A stretch of DNA of 64,000 nt, taken from an uncultured Candidatus Rokubacteria bacterium. Its GTDB lineage: Bacteria; Methylomirabilota; Methylomirabilia; Rokubacteriales; CSP1-6. A model generated the notes under the pieces. It was given only the letters and a program-made list of their open reading frames with translations, made no database searches and was not told the DNA's origin. The translations under genes and the position numbers were made by a program. Each line of letters opens with the position of its first letter. The first letter of the stretch is position 1. The stretch is taken from assembly GCA_963771355.1 (NCBI GenBank), contig CAVYTA010000001.1, positions 128,001 through 192,000 on the forward strand, written 5' to 3'. Positions 27,785 to 35,522 of this stretch are shown here, in pieces.

Positions 27785-28384
27785 ATGAAGAAGGAGCAGA
27801 TCGCGGAGCTGCTGTACCAGGCCCTCGAAACCGAGAAAGGCGGCGTCGAGATCTACGAGACCGCCGTCCGCTGCGCGGTGAACGAGGATCTCAAGGAAGA
27901 GTGGGAGAAGTATCTCGAGCAGACCGAGCGTCACGTGGAAGTCATGGAAGGCCTCTTCGAGACCTTCGGCCTCGATCCCGAGACGGACACGCCCGGCCGA
28001 CTGGTGGTGCGCCACATCGGAGAGTCCCTGGTGCGGGCCATGGAGATGGCGATGGACGCGGGCAATGCCGACGCGGCGCAGATCGTGGCCGCCGAGTGCA
28101 TCGCGCTCGCGGAGACCAAGGACCATCTCAACTGGCAGCTGATGGGGCAGGTGGCGAAGAAGCTCACCGGGGACGAGGCGAAGGCGCTCAAGGCCGCGCA
28201 CGAGGAGGTGGAGGAGGAGGAGGACGAGCACCTGTACCACACCAAGGGCTGGGGCCGCGAGCTCTGGATTGCCGCGCTGGGCATGCCGGCGGTGCTGCCG
28301 CCGCCCGAGGAGAAGAAGGACGTGAAGTCGGCGATCGGCGCCGAGCGCGCCAAGCAGGCGCGCGGCGGCATGCTGAAGAAGTAA
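27785..28384 (+). CDS. Ferritin-like four-helix stress protein (DUF892/YciF-like)
   Basis: ETEKGG, EQTERH, ETKDH, EEDEH; GGAGG RBS. Confidence 0.8.
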   Translation: MKKEQIAELLYQALETEKGGVEIYETAVRCAVNEDLKEEWEKYLEQTERHVEVMEGLFETFGLDPETDTPGRLVVRHIGESLVRAMEMAMDAGNADAAQIVAAECIALAETKDHLNWQLMGQVAKKLTGDEAKALKAAHEEVEEEEDEHLYHTKGWGRELWIAALGMPAVLPPPEEKKDVKSAIGAERAKQARGGMLKK

Positions 28385-28438
28385 CCGGGCGAGCCGGACC
28401 GCGCGCTCGGCCCCTCGCTACCGGGGCGGAGCGCGCGG

Positions 28439-29638
28439 TCAGCGGCCGCCGATGACGCCGCTGCCCCGCAGCGCGTCGACCTCCGCCGCGCTCAGCCCGA
28501 GGAGATCGCGCAGCACCTCGGAGGTGTGCTCACCCAGCATCGGCGACGGCGTGCGCACCGAGCCCGGTGTCTCTGACAGGCGCACCGGGGCGCCCACCAT
28601 GCGGACTTTTCCTGCGCGGGGATGATTCATCTCCACCAGCGCTCCGCGCGCCTTCACCTGGGGATGATTCACCACCTGCTCGATATTGTTGATGGCGCCG
28701 AAGGGGATGCCCTCGGGGAGGAAGATGGCTTCCCACTCCTCGTAGGTCTTGGTGAGGAACACGTCCTGGAGGATGGGGATGAGGGTGGCGCGGTTCTTTG
28801 CCCGGTCGACGTTCCGGCGATAGCGCGGGTCATTGGCGAGCTCGGAGCGGCCGATGACCGGGCAGAAGACCTGCCAGAGCTTCTCGCTACCTACCGCCAG
28901 CGCGAGATCGCGTGTCTTCGTCCGGAAGGTCTGATACGGAAGCAGCGCCTTGTAGGCGGTGCCCATGGGCTCCGGCAGCTCGCCGTCGGCGAGGTAACCG
29001 CCGATCATGGTGCCGAGCAGCGACATCTGGCCCTCGAGCATGGACACGTCGATGGCCTGGCCGCGCCCGGTCTTCTCCTTCACGCGCAGCGCCAGCATGA
29101 TGCCGAAGGCCGCGTACATGCCCGCGGTCATGTCGGCCACCGACGTGCCGCAGCGCACGCCGCGGCCACCCTCTTCACCCGTCACCGAGATCATGCCGCT
29201 TTCCGCCTGGAGGATGAGATCCAGCGCGGCGCGGTCCCGATAGGGCCCGTCCTGACCGAATCCCGACACCGAGCAGTAGATGATGCCGGGATTACGCGCG
29301 CGCGCCTCCTCGTAGGAGAGTCCCAGCCGCTCCAGCGCGCCGGTCCGGTAGTTCTCGAGCACGACGTCCGCGCGCTGAGCCAGCTTGAAGAAGAGCGCCT
29401 TCCCGTCCGGATGCTTGAGATCCACCTCGATGCCCTGCTTGTTGCGGTGCAGGCTCACGAAATACGCGGTCTCCCCGCCGGGCAGGGGGGTGCCCCAGGC
29501 GCGCGCGATGTCCCCGGCACCCTTGGGCTCGAGCTTGATCACGCGGGCGCCGAAATCGGCGAGCATGGTCGAGCAGAAGGGGCCCGCGAGGGCATGGGAG
29601 AGGTCGAGCACGGTGACGTCTTCGAGCGGCAGGCGCAT
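28439..29638 (-). CDS. Family III CoA-transferase (CaiB/BaiF)
   Basis: VLDLSHALAGP, HRNKQ, SVSGFGQDGP, SVADMTAG, PMLGEHT. Confidence 0.92.
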   Translation of the reverse strand: MRLPLEDVTVLDLSHALAGPFCSTMLADFGARVIKLEPKGAGDIARAWGTPLPGGETAYFVSLHRNKQGIEVDLKHPDGKALFFKLAQRADVVLENYRTGALERLGLSYEEARARNPGIIYCSVSGFGQDGPYRDRAALDLILQAESGMISVTGEEGGRGVRCGTSVADMTAGMYAAFGIMLALRVKEKTGRGQAIDVSMLEGQMSLLGTMIGGYLADGELPEPMGTAYKALLPYQTFRTKTRDLALAVGSEKLWQVFCPVIGRSELANDPRYRRNVDRAKNRATLIPILQDVFLTKTYEEWEAIFLPEGIPFGAINNIEQVVNHPQVKARGALVEMNHPRAGKVRMVGAPVRLSETPGSVRTPSPMLGEHTSEVLRDLLGLSAAEVDALRGSGVIGGR

Positions 29639-29722
29639 GAGCAGTCTCCTCGACGGTGAGTGACGCGAGGGGGCTATAATACTGCGGCTGGCCCACTACC
29701 CGAAGACGAGAGGTCCCGTGCG

Positions 29723-30151
29723 ATGTCGACCGATGCCGAGAGCGCCCAGCTCAAGATGGATCCCGCGAGCCTCTATCGCGAGGACGTGTACACCGATCGC
29801 CGCATGGGGACCATCCGCGTCCTCACGCCGGTAACCCGAGACGGAGCCCCCGATCCCGTGCGCCCGGTGCTCTACCTGGGCGAGGCGCAGCTCGTCACCT
29901 CGGTAGGCGCGCTGCCGATCGCCTTCGAGATCGACGCCACGTCGCTGGGGGAGGCGGCGGAGAAGTTCGCCGCAGCGGCCGAGGTGGGCGTGGAGCGGAC
30001 GATGCGCCAGCTCCAGGAGATGCGGCGCGAGGCCTCCTCGTCGATCGTCATTCCCGACCGCGTACCGCCCGGCATGGGGGGTGGGGGACTCGGCGGGCCG
30101 GGGCTGGGTGGCCCGGGCTCGCGCGGCGGCGGCAAGATTCAGCTTCCGTAG
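29723..30151 (+). CDS. Hypothetical protein
   Basis: Typical codon usage; LYREDVYTDRRMGTIRVLTPV..ALPIAFEI; Gly-rich tail ending KIQLP. Confidence 0.75.
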   Translation: MSTDAESAQLKMDPASLYREDVYTDRRMGTIRVLTPVTRDGAPDPVRPVLYLGEAQLVTSVGALPIAFEIDATSLGEAAEKFAAAAEVGVERTMRQLQEMRREASSSIVIPDRVPPGMGGGGLGGPGLGGPGSRGGGKIQLP

Positions 30152-30245
30152 CCAGTGCTGTAACTTTTCCGGTGCCTGGTTCCCGGAAACGGCACCAGGG
30201 CCGGAGACCATCGGGATAAGTATCCGGAATCCCGATAGGTGTGCC

Positions 30246-30260
30246 TGGCATCCGTCTTGC
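30246..30260 (+). promoter_or_regulatory. sigma54 promoter
   Basis: TGGCATCCGTCTTGC, then AGGAGG and ATG 30287; palindrome ATCGGGAT...ATCCCGAT upstream. Confidence 0.78.
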
Positions 30261-30286
30261 TCCTCCGATGGGCAGGAGGACTGCCC

Positions 30287-30698
30287 ATGTACAAGAATCT
30301 CATCGTAGGCCCTCGCCATGGCCGCCGGGCTCGGGTTGCCGTCGACGGCCCTCGCTCAGGTGCGCGTCAACGTGAACGTCGCGCCGCCGGTCGTCCTGGT
30401 GTCGCCGCCCAAGCTCGTTGTCGTGCCCAATTCCCCGGTCAAGTACGCGCCCGAGGTCAACGCGAATCTCTTCTTCCACGACGGCCGCTACTACAGCCTG
30501 CATGAAGACCGGTGGCTGGTCGCCAGCTCGCACAGTGGCCCGTGGGTCGTGATCGAGGTCGGCAGAGTGCCCCCGCCGGTGATCGCGGTGCCCGTGAAGT
30601 ACTACAAGGTCCCTCCGGGCCACGCGAAGAAGATGTCGCGCGGGGACGAGGGCGGCAAGGACTGTCCGCCGGGCCAGGCCAAGAAGGGGCGCTGCTAG
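30287..30698 (+). pseudogene. Small secreted Pro/Val-rich protein with a 1-bp insertion near 30311 in the signal peptide
   Basis: MYKNLIVG plus LAMAAGLGLPSTALA join into a signal peptide if one C of GGCCCTC is removed; mature part has VPPGHAKK and CPPGQAKKGRC. Confidence 0.7.
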
Positions 30699-30700
30699 GG

Positions 30701-31915
30701 TCAGCCCTCTGGAAGACCCTCCGGCACATCGCGCGCCCCCACCGTGCGGGCGCGGTATTCTTCCGGGACGGTGCGGCCCGCGTCCGTATAGGCGCGGCGC
30801 ACCGCCTCCACATTGGGCCCGAACACCGTCTTCCGATTCGACCGCGCCCACTCGTTGGAGTCGCGCACGGTGACCAGCGAGCCCTGGAAGTGCGGCATCA
30901 CGTAGCGCGCGAAGAGCTCATAGCTCCGCAGGGTCAGCTCGCGAGTGGCCCACTCGTGCGCCCGGAAGAGGACGCCGCCGAAACCGCCCCCGCTATAGCC
31001 CTGCAGCCGTTCGATGCCGCGGATCACCGTCTCCGGGGAGCCCACCAAGGTGGTGCCCATCTTCACGCCCTCGCGCAGCGGATCGTCGGCACGGCCGGGC
31101 GGGCGGCCGAGGGTCTCCTCGAAATAGGTGATGGTCTCGCGCCGCTCCCCCGCGCCGACCTCGCGGAGCGCTTCCTCGTCGTCTTCCGCGAGGTGCACGT
31201 TCACCACCACGCGCCACTTCTTCCGGTCCATGGTGACCCCGTGCTTGGCCGCCGTGTCCTCCGCGATCTTCCACTGGCCGGCCAGGGCCTCCGGCCCTCC
31301 TGGCAGTCCCGCGCCGATGGACAGCACCCCGAGCCCGTGCTTGCCGGCCGCGATCACGCCGGCCGGCGTGATGGTGCTGGCCACCGCGATGGGGAAATGC
31401 GGGTCGGTGTACGGCGCCAGGTGCAGGCGTGCCTCACGCAGCTCGAACCAGTCCGTCTTCATCGTCACCGGCTCATCGCAGCGCAAGAGCCGCATGATGG
31501 CCTCCAGCGCCTCCTCCATGCGGGGCCGCTGGGTGACGGGCTCGATGCCCATCATGTAGGCGTCCGACGGCAGCGCGCCGGGGCCGCAGCCCAGCATCGC
31601 GCGCCCGCGCGTCATGTGGTCGAGCTGGACGAAGCGGTTGGCGACCATCAACGGATGGTGATACGGCAGGCTGGTGACGCCGGAGCCCAGCATGATGTGA
31701 CGGGTGCGCTCGGCGGCCGCGCCGATGAAGACCTCCGGCGAGGCGATGGTCTCCCACCCCGCGGAATGATGCTCGCCGACCCACACCTCGTCGTAGCCCA
31801 GGTGATCGAGCCACTGGATCAGCTCCATGTCGCGGTCCATCGACAGCGTGGGGTTCTCGCCCACCCGGTGAAAGGGCGCCAGGAAGATGCCGAACTTCAG
31901 GCCGCGATGGGACAT
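30701..31915 (-). CDS. LLM-class flavin-dependent monooxygenase
   Basis: FGIFLAPFH, WVGEHHS, LDHMTRGRAMLGCGPG, ELFARYVMP. Confidence 0.9.
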   Translation of the reverse strand: MSHRGLKFGIFLAPFHRVGENPTLSMDRDMELIQWLDHLGYDEVWVGEHHSAGWETIASPEVFIGAAAERTRHIMLGSGVTSLPYHHPLMVANRFVQLDHMTRGRAMLGCGPGALPSDAYMMGIEPVTQRPRMEEALEAIMRLLRCDEPVTMKTDWFELREARLHLAPYTDPHFPIAVASTITPAGVIAAGKHGLGVLSIGAGLPGGPEALAGQWKIAEDTAAKHGVTMDRKKWRVVVNVHLAEDDEEALREVGAGERRETITYFEETLGRPPGRADDPLREGVKMGTTLVGSPETVIRGIERLQGYSGGGFGGVLFRAHEWATRELTLRSYELFARYVMPHFQGSLVTVRDSNEWARSNRKTVFGPNVEAVRRAYTDAGRTVPEEYRARTVGARDVPEGLPEG

Positions 31916-31950
31916 ATCTTCTCCTTTGAAAGGAGGCTAGCATATCCGCC

Positions 31951-32430
31951 ATGGATCCCGTCCCCGCGCTGCGCTGGGGCCAGCCCGCTCCGGAATTCTC
32001 CCTCCCGTCCACCCTCGGCCGTCCCCTGTCCCTCGGGGAGTTCAAGGGCAAGGCGGACGTGGTGCTCGCCTTCTACTGTTACGACTGGGGCAATATCTGA
32101 ACGCCGGAGCTGACCGGCCTGGGCCAGGCCGTCGCGGAGCTGGAGCGGCGCGGCGCCGTCTTCCTCGGCATCAGTGGTGACACGCCGTTCTGCCACGAGG
32201 CCTTTCAGGCCGCGCGCCGCTTCCCCTTTTCGCTGCTGAGCGACGTCCACCGCAGCGTCATTCGCGCCTATGGCATCCACGATGCCGACCGCAACGTGGC
32301 TTATCGCTCCACCTTCGTGGTGGACCGCGAGGGCCTCCTCCGCTGGGGGCAAGCCGGTGACCGGCAGATGGTGCGCGAGGGCGGCGAGATCCTGCGCGTA
32401 CTGGACGTGATCGCCCGGCTCCGCGGGTGA
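31951..32430 (+). CDS. Selenocysteine-containing peroxiredoxin (AhpC/TSA, BCP/AhpE-like), Sec at codon 50
   Basis: Manual translation: GQPAPEFSLPSTLGRPLSLGEFKGKADVVLAFYCYDWGNI-TGA(32098-32100)-TPEL..LGISGDTPFCH..FSLLSD..AYG..RSTFVVDREG; hairpin GGCCTG-GGC-CAGGCC at 32116-32130. Confidence 0.85.
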
Positions 32431-33851
32431 GCGCGGCCGCCGGCTCCCCGTGGCGCCGGCGGCTCCGAATAGCCACGCTCGGGGTCGTCGCCGCGGTTCT
32501 GGTCACTGCCGGCTATTTCGCGCGGCAGGTCATTCTCGTCGGCAATGGCTATGTCGCGAAGACGGTGTGCTCGGGCGTCTTCGTGTCCGGACGGAAGCCG
32601 CAGGGGGTGCTGGACGCGGAGATCCGCCTCAACGATCCCGGCATCCTCCGCCTCGTGAGCGCGGACACGGAGCGGAGCAGCCGCACGGTGCGCAGCGCCT
32701 TCCTCGGGCTGGGGGAGCGGGTGGCGGTGTTCCGCGACGGCCTGGGCTGCACCCTGGCTCTCGGCGTCGGCGCCGGAGAGCTGGCCTCGCGCGGGCTTCC
32801 CTCGAACGTGGCGGCCCTTCCGACGACGGGAACCTCGTGGCCCACGCGCGATGCCCGCGGCGCCGTCGGCGGACCCTCCGGCCTGGACCCGGTGGCCATC
32901 ACGGCGGCGCTCGACGACGCTTTCGCGGAGCCCGGTCCCGTGCCTACCCGCCGCACGCGTGCGGTGGTGGTGGTCCAGGACGGACGCCTCGTCGCCGAGC
33001 GCTACGGCGCGGGCCATGGTCCGGAAACCGCGCTCCCGGGCTGGTCCATGACCAAGAGCGTGGTGAACGCGCTGGCCGGCGTGCTCGTGCGGGAGGGCAA
33101 GCTCGCGCTGGACGCGCCGCTGCGGGCGCCGGAATGGAGCGCGCCGGACGATCCGCGGCGCGCGCTCACGCTGCGACAGCTCCTCCAGATGTCGAGCGGG
33201 CTCGCGTTCACCGAGAGCTACGGCAACCCTCTCGGCGACGTGATCTGGATGCTGTTCGGGACGGGAGACGCGGCGGGCTTCGCCGCCCGCAAGCCGCTCG
33301 CCGCGCCGGCCGGGCAGCGGTGGTCGTACTCGAGCGGGACCACGAACATCATCTCCCGCGCGCTGCGCGGGGCCGTCGGCGGCACCGAGGCGGACTATCA
33401 GCTCTTCCCGCGCCGCGCGCTCTTCGAGCCTCTCGGCATGACCAGCGCGATCATCGAGCCGGATGCGGCGGGGACCTTCGTCGGCTCCTCCCTCATGTTC
33501 GCCACCGCGCGAGACTGGGCCCGCTTCGGGCTCCTCTTCCTTCAGGATGGAACGTGGGCGGGCCAGCGCATCCTGCCCGAGGGCTGGGTGGCCTTCAGCG
33601 TGACGCCGGCGCCCGCCGCGCCGGGCGGCGTCTACGGCGCGCATTTCTGGCTACGCCTGGGCGAGGCCAGCTACGCGCGCTCGGGCGAGCACGGGATTCC
33701 GCCGGATACCTACCACGCCATCGGCCACGAGGGGCAGATCCTCACCGTGATCCCCTCGCGCCGGCTGGTGGTCGTTCGCCTGGGCCTCAGCGTCGGGCGC
33801 GGCGCATGGGATCACGCTGCGTTCCTGCGCCGCTTACTCGGAAATGGGTGA
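32427..33851 (+). CDS. Serine hydrolase, beta-lactamase class C-like, N-terminally anchored
   Basis: WSMTKS (SxxK), LLQMSSGL, WSYSSG, ARDWARFG, GHEGQ; GTGA overlap with the upstream stop. Confidence 0.88.
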   Translation: MSAAAGSPWRRRLRIATLGVVAAVLVTAGYFARQVILVGNGYVAKTVCSGVFVSGRKPQGVLDAEIRLNDPGILRLVSADTERSSRTVRSAFLGLGERVAVFRDGLGCTLALGVGAGELASRGLPSNVAALPTTGTSWPTRDARGAVGGPSGLDPVAITAALDDAFAEPGPVPTRRTRAVVVVQDGRLVAERYGAGHGPETALPGWSMTKSVVNALAGVLVREGKLALDAPLRAPEWSAPDDPRRALTLRQLLQMSSGLAFTESYGNPLGDVIWMLFGTGDAAGFAARKPLAAPAGQRWSYSSGTTNIISRALRGAVGGTEADYQLFPRRALFEPLGMTSAIIEPDAAGTFVGSSLMFATARDWARFGLLFLQDGTWAGQRILPEGWVAFSVTPAPAAPGGVYGAHFWLRLGEASYARSGEHGIPPDTYHAIGHEGQILTVIPSRRLVVVRLGLSVGRGAWDHAAFLRRLLGNG

Positions 33852-35231
33852 TTCCGTCGCGCCCGGCGGAGCGATCCACACCGTCTTGACGTTCACGAAC
33901 TCGCGGATGCCGTACTCCGAGAGCTCCCGTCCATAACCCGAGCGCTTGATCCCGCCGAAGGGTAGGCGCGGGTCGGACTTCACCACGCCGTTGACGAAGA
34001 CGCTCCCTGCCTCGATCTGCGCGGCGAGCCGCTCCGCCGTCTTGAGGTCGCGGGTCCACAGGGACGAGCCGAGGCCGTAGATCGAGTCATTGGCCAGGCG
34101 CACCGCATCCGCCTCGTCCTTGGCGCGGATGACCGCCGCCACCGGACCGAAGGTCTCCTCGTCGAAGGCGGGCATGCCCTTGTCCACGGCGGCGAGCAGG
34201 GTGGGCGGATAGAAGGCGCCCGGCCCGGGCGGGATCTCGCCGCCGAGGAGCACGACGGCCCCGCGCTTCCGCGACTCTTCTACCTGGTGATGGAGGGAGT
34301 CGCGCAGGTCGTGTCGCGCCTGGGGGCCGACCTGGGTCTCGCGCGAGAGCGGATCGCCCATGCGCCGCGCCCCGAGCTCGCGGCGGAAGAGGTCGAGGAA
34401 ACGGTCGGCCACCGACTCCACCACGATGAAGCGCTTGGCGGCGATGCAGCTCTGGCCGCCATTGACCAGCCGAGCGTCGGCGGCGGCGCGGGCGGCGGTG
34501 GCCAGATCGGCATCGGCGAGGACGATGAAGGGGTCGCTGCCGCCCAGCTCGAGCACGGTCTTCTTCAGCTCCCGGCCGGCCGCCTCCGCCACCTTGGAGC
34601 CCGCGCGGTCGCTCCCGGTGAGGGTCGCAGCGACGATACGTGGGTCGGCGATGAGACCCGCGACGGCGGTGGACTCGACCAGAACGGTGCGGAAGAGATC
34701 GTGGGGAAAGCCGGCTTGCTGGAGCACTTCCTCGATCTGGAGCGCACATCGCGGCACGTTCGAGGCATGCTTGAGCACGCCGCCATTACCCGCCATGAGG
34801 CCTGGGGCCACGAAGCGGAACACCTGCCAGAACGGAAAATTCCACGGCATGATGGCCAGCACCACCCCGAGGGGATCGAAGCGCACGTAGCTCCGGGAGG
34901 CATCCGTCTCGCGCGGTTGCTCGGCGAGCATGGAGGGGGCTTCGGCGGCGTAGTGGTCACAGGCCAAGGCGCATTTCTCCACCTCGGCCTCGCCCTGGGC
35001 GATGGGCTTGCCCATTTCCAGCGCCATGGTGCGCGCGTATTCGGTCTTGCGGGCCCGCAGGAGCCGCGCGGCCTCACGCATGGGCACCGCCCGCTCGGCG
35101 ACGGGCACCCGCCGCCACTCGAGGAACGCCGCGTGCGCGCCGCTGACCGCTCGCTCGATCAGCGCGGGAGACGTCGGCTCGAAAACTTCCACTACCTCGC
35201 CGGTCGCCGGATTCACGGACTGGATCGCCAT
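33834..35231 (-). CDS. gabD: NAD(P)-dependent succinate-semialdehyde dehydrogenase
   Basis: MAIQSVNPATGE, IMPWNFPFWQ, LKHAS, TGS, LELGGSD, GQSCIAAKR, EETFGP, PFGGIKRSGYGREL. Confidence 0.85.
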   Translation of the reverse strand: MAIQSVNPATGEVVEVFEPTSPALIERAVSGAHAAFLEWRRVPVAERAVPMREAARLLRARKTEYARTMALEMGKPIAQGEAEVEKCALACDHYAAEAPSMLAEQPRETDASRSYVRFDPLGVVLAIMPWNFPFWQVFRFVAPGLMAGNGGVLKHASNVPRCALQIEEVLQQAGFPHDLFRTVLVESTAVAGLIADPRIVAATLTGSDRAGSKVAEAAGRELKKTVLELGGSDPFIVLADADLATAARAAADARLVNGGQSCIAAKRFIVVESVADRFLDLFRRELGARRMGDPLSRETQVGPQARHDLRDSLHHQVEESRKRGAVVLLGGEIPPGPGAFYPPTLLAAVDKGMPAFDEETFGPVAAVIRAKDEADAVRLANDSIYGLGSSLWTRDLKTAERLAAQIEAGSVFVNGVVKSDPRLPFGGIKRSGYGRELSEYGIREFVNVKTVWIAPPGATESPISE

Positions 35232-35241
35232 CGGGTGGCCT

Positions 35242-35432
35242 CCTCGCTCCGCTCGGGAATCATTACGCGTCACGTATCCGCTCGCCTCGCCTTCGGCTGC
35301 GGCTCGCCCCCGCGCTCCGCGCGGGAAACCATTACGTATCCGCTCGCCTCGCCTTCGGCTGCGGCTCGCCCCCGCGCTCCGCGCGGGAAACCATTACGTA
35401 TCCGCTCGCCTCGCCTTCGGCTGCGGCTCGCC
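35242..35432. repeat. 62-bp tandem palindromic repeat, about 3 copies (REP/MITE-like)
   Basis: GTATCCGCTCGCCTCGCCTTCGGCTGCGGCTCGCC recurs at 35274, 35336 and 35398; linkers carry hairpin CCCGCGC-TCC-GCGCGGG. Confidence 0.92.
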
Positions 35433-35522
35433 AATCAACTGCCACCATCCAACCGTGCTGTCATGGTCTACCCGGGATGGCGGGGTTGCAACCTCAAGCG
35501 TATGCTGGCGATGGAGGTCCTC

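Noticed and set aside
31897..32352. 151-aa minus-strand ORF in the track
   Set aside because: No recognisable features; the plus strand encodes the peroxiredoxin
32427..33851. Antibiotic-resistance beta-lactamase
   Set aside because: Motifs fit the broad esterase/amidase serine hydrolase group; no evidence for AmpC specificity
35242..35432. Possible CRISPR array
   Set aside because: The sequences between repeats are themselves identical or near-identical, there are only three units, and no cas genes are present
34287..35522. N-terminal extension of the 956-aa ORF
   Set aside because: Antisense to SSADH and runs through the repeat; the real start is ATG 35523 after GGAGG
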